31,154 bases of DNA from the IMG/VR virus record IMGVR_UViG_3300047281_000160, positions 1 to 31,154 of that record; one strand, 5' to 3'. The notes beneath the pieces were generated by a model. That model was not told the DNA's origin. It saw only the letters and a list, made by a program, of their open reading frames with translations, and searched no databases. Numbering within the stretch: the first letter of the stretch is position 1; each line of letters opens with the position of its first letter. Origin of the DNA: a virus. Lineage: Duplodnaviria > Caudoviricetes. Below are positions 8,329-15,963 of the stretch, piece after piece. A program made the translations under genes and the position numbers.

Positions 8329-9372
8329 GTGAATCGTCTTGTCATCGCCCTCGCCTCCGCGCTGCCCGCCAAGGGTCTGCCGTCGGAAATCGTCTATATC
8401 CCCGAGGGCGATAGCCTGATCTATCCGAAAAGCCATCCGAACGGAATCCTCGTGAAGATGGACGCCGACAAGGGCGACACCATCGCGGCTGCATTTCAAT
8501 CTGACCTGGAGCGACTCGCTAAGGGCAATATCAAGCCGCGTCTCGATTTCAAACACGAGGCCGACGGACCGACCAGCGGCTACCCCACGGGCTTTCGTTA
8601 TGAAGCCGGGCGCGGCCTGCTTTGCTCGGTCGATTGGTCCGGCGCAGGTGCCGCCGCTATCGAGGGGCGTGACTTCGCTTACTTCTCGCCGCGCTTCGAT
8701 CTGGCAGACGATCACAGCCCGGCAGGACTCCCAGAACGGGGACCACTCGGAGCATTAGTCAACGAGCCAGCTTTCCGAGAGATTGAGCGCATCGCCGCAA
8801 GTGACGCGGGGACGAACTCCACACCAACTACCCACAAAATGTTAATCCTCGCCACTTGCGGCCTGCTTTCCGCTGCTGAAGCCGCCCTGCCCGATGCTGA
8901 AAAACTCGCCGCCGACCGCGTTGCCGAAATGACCCTCAGCGACACCGAAAAAGCCGCCCGCATTGCCGAGCTAGAAGCCGAACTCGCCGAACTCAAGGGC
9001 GAGAAGGAAGCCGCTGTTGCTGAAGCCTCCGCTGCCCGTGAAGAACGCGCCAAGGGACTCGTCGAAGCTGCCGTTGCTGACGGTCGCCTTGCACCCAAAG
9101 ACGACGCCACCCACGACGCCTATTGCACCCGCATCGCTGCCGAACTCGCGTCCGGTGAAACCTTCGTGCAGACCGTGCTTGCTGGCCTCGTCAAGCAACA
9201 CGACGGCCTCGACCAGCCGATCATCGAAGCAGGCCAAGCCCGCCCCGAATCTCTCGTCGCCCGCATCGAAGCCGCGCAGGTCAAGGCCCGCACGGAACTC
9301 GGCGAATCCGCCACGTTCTCCCGCGTCTGGGATCGCGCCTCCGAAATTGATCCATCCGCTTTCGCTAACTAA
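8329..9372 (+). CDS. Mu gpI-like prohead protease with C-terminal scaffold domain
   Basis: LDFKHE, VDWS..G...I..RDFAYFSPRF, GALVNEPAF; alanine-rich coiled-coil C-terminal half with AAVADGRLAP; start 8320 or 8329. Confidence 0.82.
   Translation: MNRLVIALASALPAKGLPSEIVYIPEGDSLIYPKSHPNGILVKMDADKGDTIAAAFQSDLERLAKGNIKPRLDFKHEADGPTSGYPTGFRYEAGRGLLCSVDWSGAGAAAIEGRDFAYFSPRFDLADDHSPAGLPERGPLGALVNEPAFREIERIAASDAGTNSTPTTHKMLILATCGLLSAAEAALPDAEKLAADRVAEMTLSDTEKAARIAELEAELAELKGEKEAAVAEASAAREERAKGLVEAAVADGRLAPKDDATHDAYCTRIAAELASGETFVQTVLAGLVKQHDGLDQPIIEAGQARPESLVARIEAAQVKARTELGESATFSRVWDRASEIDPSAFAN
8737..8784 (+). promoter_or_regulatory. Putative internal late promoter 4 (scaffold/capsid): CGGGGACCAC box, TAGTCA-N17-GAGATT
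   Basis: Box 8737-8746 inside the protease gene; same geometry; upstream of in-frame ATG 8839. Confidence 0.5.
8839..9372 (+). CDS. Putative scaffold protein from an internal in-frame start (Mu gpZ-like)
   Basis: In-frame ATG preceded by the A/C-rich leader acaccaactacccacaaa, like that of the capsid gene; lies at the protease/coiled-coil boundary. Confidence 0.55.
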   Translation: MLILATCGLLSAAEAALPDAEKLAADRVAEMTLSDTEKAARIAELEAELAELKGEKEAAVAEASAAREERAKGLVEAAVADGRLAPKDDATHDAYCTRIAAELASGETFVQTVLAGLVKQHDGLDQPIIEAGQARPESLVARIEAAQVKARTELGESATFSRVWDRASEIDPSAFAN

Positions 9373-9395
9373 ATCCAACTCTAAGAAATACCACC

Positions 9396-9773
9396 ATGTC
9401 ATCGCTCGCATCTGCATTGCCAATCATCACCCTCCCAGCGGGTGCCGCCCTCTCGCAAGGTCAACACGTCAAGGTTTCCAGCGGCACTGTTGTCGCAGCT
9501 GGCACTTCCGGCACCGACGTCGGCCTTGGCATCATCCTTGAAGACGTTGCTTCCGGTGAAGCCGCAGCCATCGCGCTGCTCGGCTCCGGTTCCATCGTTT
9601 TCGTCGAAGCATCCGCAGCCATCGCGCTCGGTGCAAAGGTGATGCCTGCCACCACTGGCCGCGTCGCAACCGCTACCTCGACCAACTCCTGCATCGGCGT
9701 TGCTCTGCAATCCGCTACCGCTGCTGGCCATCTGATCCGGGTCTGCCTCGGCAATCCATCCGTCACCGTCTAA
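9396..9773 (+). CDS. Capsid decoration/cement protein (DUF2190-like)
   Basis: Small A/G/T-rich beta protein with GVALQSATAAG motif, between protease and capsid genes. Confidence 0.75.
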   Translation: MSSLASALPIITLPAGAALSQGQHVKVSSGTVVAAGTSGTDVGLGIILEDVASGEAAAIALLGSGSIVFVEASAAIALGAKVMPATTGRVATATSTNSCIGVALQSATAAGHLIRVCLGNPSVTV

Positions 9774-9830
9774 TTCGTAAATACTCAGTTTAACTCGGTT
9801 CAACTAGATTAAACCAACACACCTACCACA

Positions 9831-10748
9831 ATGGCCACTCCTGCTAACATCTCCACTCTGAATCAGTTCGCCAAAGGACTGTTCCAAGAAACCGCAAGCC
9901 CGCTCGCTGACTTCCTCGCTCCTGTCGTTCAGACGGGTGCCGCGTCGTTCTCGATCCTCGACTACGCCAAACGCTCCGGTCTGCAAGTGCCAAGCGCAAA
10001 ACGCGCAATCGGCGGCGACTCCACCGCAGTGATCACGGACGGCGAGCGCATCAGCATCTCGCTGGCACCCTACGCGCTCCACGACATCATCGACAACCAC
10101 GAGCTTGATCTTGCCACCACAGGCGAAGGTTCGCGGATGCTGCGTGAAGCTCGCGTGCGCAACCTCGTTTCGCAAGCCGGTAACAGCCGCCTGAGTGAAA
10201 CCCTCTCGGTTCTCCGCACGGGCGTTTCCGCTACTGCGAAAAGCTGGTCCTCGTCCACCGACCCAGTGGCAGAAATCGACGCACAAATGGAAGCCCTCGC
10301 CAAGAACCTCGGCGTGATCCCTAACCGCGTGGTGTTCTCCCTCGCTGCTTGGAGCTACTTCAAGAACAACAGCAAAACCATCTCGCGCTACCCGAACGCG
10401 TCGAAGGTTTCGCCGATGATCCAAGACGTCGGCTCGCTGTTCCTGAACCCTAACACGCAGTGCATGGTCTCCACCGCAACCTTCGACACCCCGGCCCGCA
10501 CGACCAGCACGAAGAACAACGCCTTGACCGACGCGACGCTTCCAGAGATCTGGATTTACTTCGCAGCGGACAACGCCAACCAGTTCGACGCCTCCGCCTT
10601 CAAAACCTTCCGCGTCTCCGCCAACCCATTCGGTGGCGTTCGCGCAATCCAGAAGGATTTCGGTGAAAAAATCATCACGGAATGGACCGAAGCCGCTTAT
10701 GTGAACAACGCATCGGCCGCCGCTCGTTTCGCCCTGACCCTCAGCTAA
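9831..10748 (+). CDS. Major capsid protein
   Basis: 305 aa; LADFLAPVV, WSSSTDPVAEI and GVIPNRVVFS motifs; strong codon bias; followed by a terminator. Confidence 0.82.
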   Translation: MATPANISTLNQFAKGLFQETASPLADFLAPVVQTGAASFSILDYAKRSGLQVPSAKRAIGGDSTAVITDGERISISLAPYALHDIIDNHELDLATTGEGSRMLREARVRNLVSQAGNSRLSETLSVLRTGVSATAKSWSSSTDPVAEIDAQMEALAKNLGVIPNRVVFSLAAWSYFKNNSKTISRYPNASKVSPMIQDVGSLFLNPNTQCMVSTATFDTPARTTSTKNNALTDATLPEIWIYFAADNANQFDASAFKTFRVSANPFGGVRAIQKDFGEKIITEWTEAAYVNNASAAARFALTLS

Positions 10749-10770
10749 TCGCTGATTAAAACCCCAAGTT

Positions 10771-10811
10771 CGGCCCCGCTCGTTTTTACGCGGGTGGGGC
10801 CGTTCTCTTTT
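10771..10811 (+). terminator. Rho-independent terminator after the capsid gene
   Basis: Stem cggccccgctcg / cgggtggggccg (with G-U pairs) followed by TTCTCTTTT. Confidence 0.75.
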
Positions 10812-10818
10812 CTCGCTC

Positions 10819-11253
10819 ATGTCTTGGATCACCCTCACCGCCGCTAACATCAAAGGCCGTCTTGCGAAGGACGAGCTGGAGAGCTATGTGGACGCGGGGG
10901 ATCAAGCCTCGGATGGCGTGGATACGCTCGCTGAGATCATCCTGCAAGTTACGGCCATGGTGCGCGGCAAGGTCGCCTCCAACCGTGAAAACCTCGTCAA
11001 GCTCGGCGCGGTTGGAACCATCCCGGACGAATGCCTATTCGCCGCCTGCACCATCGCCCGCGATGCGCTGGTGGGATCGCTGCCGCTGTCCGAGGGATCG
11101 ACCGAAACCCGCAAGGAGGAGCTGCGCAAGGCTCATGATTTCCTAGACGCCGTGGCCAAGGGCGACGTGCGGATCGAAGACGCCGCCGGAACCATCCCGG
11201 AATCCACCGAGGCCACCACCGTCAGCGGCGGCTCCACCTTCCTCAATTTCTAA
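10819..11253 (+). CDS. Head-tail connector, Mu gp36/gpJ (DUF1320)-like
   Basis: ACTIARDAL...RKEELRKAHDFLDAVAKGDVRI pattern; follows the capsid gene. Confidence 0.7.
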   Translation: MSWITLTAANIKGRLAKDELESYVDAGDQASDGVDTLAEIILQVTAMVRGKVASNRENLVKLGAVGTIPDECLFAACTIARDALVGSLPLSEGSTETRKEELRKAHDFLDAVAKGDVRIEDAAGTIPESTEATTVSGGSTFLNF

Positions 11254-11681
11254 TGTCCCGCTTTTACGAACAAGCTGACGCAATCTGCACCTCGTTGCAG
11301 ACGCTGCCGATCCTCGCGGATTGCCGGGTCGTGGTGGATCGTCAGCATGACATCCTCAGCGACCTGCGGAAAGTCATCGGCAAGCAGATCGGCAACCTCG
11401 TTTTGGTTTCGTGGACGGGCGGCACCAACAAAGACGTCTCCGCCGACGGCCCGCGAATCGAAAGCGGGTTTTCCGTCACCCTCTTTTCCAAGCCGATCCT
11501 GCGCCCCGGAGAAACACCCGCCGACGACCTCGCCGAGGCTATCGCCAACCACCTTCACGACTGGCGTGAGACTGCCGCCACGCCTTACAGCGACCGCCTG
11601 ATTTGCACCGAGATCACCCCGACCGACGTGCCCGATTTGCTCGCCCATCAGATCAAACTTACCACCCCGTCCCAACTCTGA
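11253..11681 (+). CDS. Putative tail terminator/head completion protein (Mu gp37/gpK-like position)
   Basis: Size, synteny, TAATG coupling, AIANHLHDW motif. Confidence 0.55.
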   Translation: MSRFYEQADAICTSLQTLPILADCRVVVDRQHDILSDLRKVIGKQIGNLVLVSWTGGTNKDVSADGPRIESGFSVTLFSKPILRPGETPADDLAEAIANHLHDWRETAATPYSDRLICTEITPTDVPDLLAHQIKLTTPSQL

Positions 11682-11684
11682 CCC

Positions 11685-11903
11685 ATGGCTAAAAATACTG
11701 CATCACCCGACAAGTCACCCGCTGAACCTGCTGCTGTCGAGGCCATGCCCGAAGCACGGAATGTCGCCGTCCAAATCCTCGAAAACGGATTGAAGATCGG
11801 CAACGCGATCTGCGGCATCGGCCCTTGCTCATTTCCGCTAACCGCCAGCGACGCAAAGGCGCTGGAAGCCCTCGGCAAGGTTCGAATCGTCGGCCTCTTC
11901 TAA
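11685..11903 (+). CDS. Hypothetical small virion-module protein
   Basis: 72-aa ORF between the neck and tail tube genes. Confidence 0.6.
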   Translation: MAKNTASPDKSPAEPAAVEAMPEARNVAVQILENGLKIGNAICGIGPCSFPLTASDAKALEALGKVRIVGLF

Positions 11904-11932
11904 TCTCACCTCAACATCCAACTCATTAAATT

Positions 11933-12487
11933 ATGGCTGCACCTACCCTTATCCGCCGCGAACTCAAAAACGCCCGCCTGTATTTCATCCCGTCCGGCGA
12001 ACTCGTCGATGGTCTCACCGTTGCCAATGCTACGTGGCCTGACAACAGCCCGTCGAGCAACTGGACCAGCTACCAGTTCCAAGACATCGAAACGGTCAAG
12101 TCCGCAAAGACGATCAAAAGCGAAACCTTCAACGTGCCATCCGACGGCGGCGGCTACTATGAGGACATCGAGGAGATGGTCACAATGCGCAAGTGGACGG
12201 CCACCACCCACAAGACCAACAGCTACCTCAAGCAGCTCGAAAACGGTCTTGCCGCTGCGCTGGTCGCGGCCTCCGCCCAATCGCCCGGCGTGAAAGCTGA
12301 CAACTTCCTCGATGGCGTCATGCTGCTGGAAGTCCAGAACAAGTCCGGCGCGATCATCGAGCGCGTTCAAGTCTGGTCCCGCCTGCGACTCGTCAATGAC
12401 GGCGACATCGGACCTGCGACGTCCTCGGTTGAGTTCTCACTTGAGCAACGCCCAAGCACGCTCAACACGTTCGTCACCTACGCGTGA
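11933..12487 (+). CDS. Putative major tail (tube) protein
   Basis: 184 aa, beta-rich, highly biased codons, followed by a hairpin; synteny. Confidence 0.6.
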   Translation: MAAPTLIRRELKNARLYFIPSGELVDGLTVANATWPDNSPSSNWTSYQFQDIETVKSAKTIKSETFNVPSDGGGYYEDIEEMVTMRKWTATTHKTNSYLKQLENGLAAALVAASAQSPGVKADNFLDGVMLLEVQNKSGAIIERVQVWSRLRLVNDGDIGPATSSVEFSLEQRPSTLNTFVTYA

Positions 12488-12498
12488 TTTTGATCCGC

Positions 12499-12529
12499 GC
12501 CGGGGCAGAGTTCAACCCTCTGCCCCGGC
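12499..12529 (+). terminator. Perfect 12-bp stem-loop after the tail tube gene (terminator or stabiliser)
   Basis: gccggggcagag-ttcaacc-ctctgccccggc; weak U-tract. Confidence 0.6.
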
Positions 12530-12566
12530 TTGATCCTTCCTGGTCACCCTTCACTGATTCCCACCC

Positions 12567-13013
12567 ATGCCATCCGCACCCACTTCAATCTTCACGCCTC
12601 CGACCGCCGGAGCGACCACGACCGCACCTGCGAGCTTATTTGATAAAGCCCCGACTGGAGCTATCAACCTCGTCATCAGCGCTGTCACGACTTCCGGCGT
12701 GAATGGGACGCTGCACTTTGCCGGGACCAATGCGGGCAAGCCAGTGTGGTCGCGGGACGGCACACAGACCACCAGCACCACCAACCCGATCATGAGCCAT
12801 GACGGGACATCGTGGAAGCTGGCCCTTGGTGCTACCTACTCAGCAACGAAAGTGAGCCCAGCGGCTGACCCTTCCGCTCTTACCGCGTGGACGTTATCGG
12901 TTGGCGTGGGAAGCCCGATAGTTGCTAAAGGCGATGTCGATGCTCCGGATATAGTAAAGGCCAGCTATACCTCACCCACAGTCTCAGCCCCGGCCACAGT
13001 CTTCATCCCGTAA
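12567..13013 (+). CDS. Hypothetical T/S/A/P-rich virion protein
   Basis: 148-aa ORF in the tail module; AP-x-x-(I/L/V)F motif repeated at both termini. Confidence 0.6.
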   Translation: MPSAPTSIFTPPTAGATTTAPASLFDKAPTGAINLVISAVTTSGVNGTLHFAGTNAGKPVWSRDGTQTTSTTNPIMSHDGTSWKLALGATYSATKVSPAADPSALTAWTLSVGVGSPIVAKGDVDAPDIVKASYTSPTVSAPATVFIP

Positions 13014-13019
13014 CGGCTG

Positions 13020-13532
13020 ATGACCTCCTCGATCCATCAAATCGACTTTATACCGGACGATGGCAGCGCCACCGTGCGGATGCTCGACTTTGGGGATCGG
13101 ATGCAAAACCCGCTGACCTTTCCGGTGTCGGTTTCGGCGGATGCTTACGCGCCGATTGGCTCGACCTATGGTGTGGCCATCCCGAAATGGGGCGCAAGGG
13201 TGTCCGTTGAATGGGGACGGCGCAAAAGCCATGCCAGCCACGCGGAAGCCGCCAGTTATGCCATGCGCCACCCGGCGACCATCCCTTACATGACCACGGG
13301 GAAGCTGCGCATCGCCGTTGAAGATGGCGAGACGTGGGACTTTCTCGACGCGGTGATTCTCGGCTGCTCCTCGACGCAAGCCTTCAGCGGCAACTTCGCC
13401 TCCATGACCAATTACCGGACGGAATCCGGCGACAAGGTGCCTGTCTCCGCGATCACGCTTTTCCAAGGCGTCCGATTCGATTGGGTGCTTCAAAATTGGA
13501 ACGCCATCACCAACAACTGGGAAGCCCTTTAA
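13020..13532 (+). CDS. Hypothetical tail protein (possibly distal-tail-like)
   Basis: 170-aa beta-rich ORF in the tail module. Confidence 0.5.
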   Translation: MTSSIHQIDFIPDDGSATVRMLDFGDRMQNPLTFPVSVSADAYAPIGSTYGVAIPKWGARVSVEWGRRKSHASHAEAASYAMRHPATIPYMTTGKLRIAVEDGETWDFLDAVILGCSSTQAFSGNFASMTNYRTESGDKVPVSAITLFQGVRFDWVLQNWNAITNNWEAL

Positions 13533-13552
13533 GATTCTAAATCTACCAAACC

Positions 13553-14332
13553 ATGCCAGCCAATAGCCTCACAGGATCAAGCCTCTCCTCGACTTACACC
13601 CAACTGCTGCACTGCGGAACCGGAACCCTCGCGGCGGGTTTCGCCGTGCGCCTCGGCGACGGGACAGCTAGCCCGCTCACGATTTCATCGACTGGCCTAT
13701 CTGTTGCCGGGAAGGTGTCCGCTAACCAGTTTCTTGCTAGGTCAGGAGAGCCGGGAGGGAATGGCGTCAACACCAACGGGTATGCTTTCAGTGGCAGCGG
13801 TGATGTGGATGGCGGTATGTATTCCACGGCGGATGGATTGATTCAATTTTATGCAAACGCATCGGAGCGTCTAGCAATCGTGGGCGGCGATTCTATCCGT
13901 CCCGGATCGAACGGTTTTCAGTCACTCGGCACTGCCGCCTACCGTTGGAGTCAGCTTTTCGCTGCTACGACCACGATCAGCACCTCGGACGCCCGCCAAA
14001 AGCAACAAATCCGTCCGCTTTCCGAGGCAGAAACCGCCGTAGCCATCGCCCTCAAGCCTATGCTTCGCGCCTTCAAGTTTAATGATGCCGTGGCAGCTAA
14101 AGGCGACGACGCCCGCATCCACATCGGCATCATCGCGCAGGAGGTTGTCGCAGCCTTCGCCGCTGAGGGACTCGACGCCGCCGACTATGCGCTGCTCTGC
14201 TACGACGAGTGGGACGCTGTCCCGGAAAAGCTCAACGAAGACGGATCGGTTTCATCCCCAGCTATCGCCGCAGGCAATGCTTACGGCATCCGCTACGAGC
14301 AACTGCTGGCTTTCATGCTTGCGGCTCTCTGA
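13553..14332 (+). CDS. Tail fibre/spike protein with C-terminal intramolecular chaperone (peptidase S74)
   Basis: TSDARQKQ autocleavage motif, HIGIIAQE, YGIRYEQLLAF. Confidence 0.85.
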   Translation: MPANSLTGSSLSSTYTQLLHCGTGTLAAGFAVRLGDGTASPLTISSTGLSVAGKVSANQFLARSGEPGGNGVNTNGYAFSGSGDVDGGMYSTADGLIQFYANASERLAIVGGDSIRPGSNGFQSLGTAAYRWSQLFAATTTISTSDARQKQQIRPLSEAETAVAIALKPMLRAFKFNDAVAAKGDDARIHIGIIAQEVVAAFAAEGLDAADYALLCYDEWDAVPEKLNEDGSVSSPAIAAGNAYGIRYEQLLAFMLAAL

Positions 14333-14352
14333 TCCCCTAAAGCCCCGACCTC

Positions 14353-15963
14353 ATGGCTGACAACGACATCAAAATTCAGATCACCACCGCGGCGGATACC
14401 GCGGGAATTGACCAAACGGTCGAGTCGATCAAGCGGGTCGAGGCCGAAGAGCAAACGCTGCAACAGCAGCGAGATGCGCGGACGCGGGGCGCGAAATACG
14501 ACGACCCGACGGCAGGTGTAGCCATCGCCGCCCGCAAGGAGCAGATCCGCCTGACCCGTGAGCTGGAGCAGGCCGAGCAGGACTTGGTGGACAAGCTCCA
14601 CATGGAAGCGCGAGCCGCGCAGCAAACGGCGGACGTGGTCGAGGCCAAATCCCGCGTCGCCGCCCGTGCCGCCGGAGCGCAGGCGGGGGAGATCAAGAAC
14701 CTCGGCCACGTTTTTAATAACGTCGGCTATCAAGTAACCGACTTTGCCGTGCAAGTGCAGGGCGGAACCAGTGCGCTCGTCGCCATGTCCCAGCAGGCAC
14801 CGCAGGCGGTCGGGGCGCTGACCATGCTTCGGGGCGCAACCCTCAGCCTTGGGGCCGTGATGTCGTTTGCCCTCTCACCATTAACGGCGATTAGCATCAT
14901 TATCACAGCGCTGGCTATCGGCTGGCGGGCAGTAAGCGGGGCCGTGAAGGAAATGACGGATGCCACCAAGGCGAGCGACAAGGCGATCCGCGCCAACGCG
15001 GAGGCCACGGAGTACATGCGCGTGCAGCAGGTTAAACTGCGCGAGGAGGTAATGCGGGAATTCGTGGCTGATGAATACAAGCGTGAAGCCGACGAGCTGG
15101 AGCGGCAGGCCAAAGCCATTGAGCGAATCAATCAGCTAAGGACCGCGCTGGGCAATATTGAGTTACAGCGGGCCAATCAAGAAATCGCCATTGCCAAGCA
15201 GCGCGAGGGGCAAACGAACTCGCAAACAGGCCAAAAATACGACGTGGGCATGGCTGAAGCCAACGCGCTAGCCGTCCAACTGCGCACCGGAATCGCCGCG
15301 CTAAACGGCGAGCTGGGCGCGGCGCAGAAGGGGGCGGAAATCGCCCAAAAGGCAGCCGACGCAGCAAACTCGGCGTATCAAACGGCGATCAATACCAACG
15401 ACACAAAGCAGAAAATTGAAGAGTTAGGCGGACTGCTCGACACAGCCAATACCGACGCGGAATCAGCCAGACAGGCGTTTGCCGACACGACCCAGAAAGT
15501 CACTGCACAGCGCGGTGTATTGCTCAACGAGGTTGAGATCAAACTGAGCGAAAAGGAAGCCGATTCATCGCTCAAGGTGACAGCCGCCGCCACCAAGGCA
15601 TTCGATGGGGTTTACGCGTCGCTCAAAGACGCCGTCGCCCAAGGGCCGGTCGCTGCCGTCGAACAAATCAAGGTCGAGGTCGGAACCGTCACCACGGCGG
15701 CGACCACCAAAGCCACCGAAGTCAAAACCGCCATCGACGGCGAGCGCACAACCACGGTCGCCGCGATCCAAACACTAACGCCCAACCCGCAGGACACGCA
15801 GGCCATCACCAAGGCCGTGCAGGACGTCGGTAAGGGACTCTCCGAGCAGGGCGACGCCTTCTTGTCTGCGCTCAACGGCCTGACCTCTGGCATCTCCTCT
15901 ATCAACAACCGGATCAACCAGCAGCAGTCGCAGATTAACCAACTCTTCTCGATTGCCCGATGA
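14353..15963 (+). CDS. Tail tape measure protein (short, 536 aa)
   Basis: GYQVTDFAVQVQGG..ALVAMSQQAPQ lambda-type TMP motif; hydrophobic segment; long Ala-rich helices. Confidence 0.82.
   Translation: MADNDIKIQITTAADTAGIDQTVESIKRVEAEEQTLQQQRDARTRGAKYDDPTAGVAIAARKEQIRLTRELEQAEQDLVDKLHMEARAAQQTADVVEAKSRVAARAAGAQAGEIKNLGHVFNNVGYQVTDFAVQVQGGTSALVAMSQQAPQAVGALTMLRGATLSLGAVMSFALSPLTAISIIITALAIGWRAVSGAVKEMTDATKASDKAIRANAEATEYMRVQQVKLREEVMREFVADEYKREADELERQAKAIERINQLRTALGNIELQRANQEIAIAKQREGQTNSQTGQKYDVGMAEANALAVQLRTGIAALNGELGAAQKGAEIAQKAADAANSAYQTAINTNDTKQKIEELGGLLDTANTDAESARQAFADTTQKVTAQRGVLLNEVEIKLSEKEADSSLKVTAAATKAFDGVYASLKDAVAQGPVAAVEQIKVEVGTVTTAATTKATEVKTAIDGERTTTVAAIQTLTPNPQDTQAITKAVQDVGKGLSEQGDAFLSALNGLTSGISSINNRINQQQSQINQLFSIAR

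Noticed and set aside
4922-11681. Transposable Mu-like phage
   Set aside because: No DDE transposase or MuB; a tyrosine integrase, attP and lambdoid replication genes are present instead
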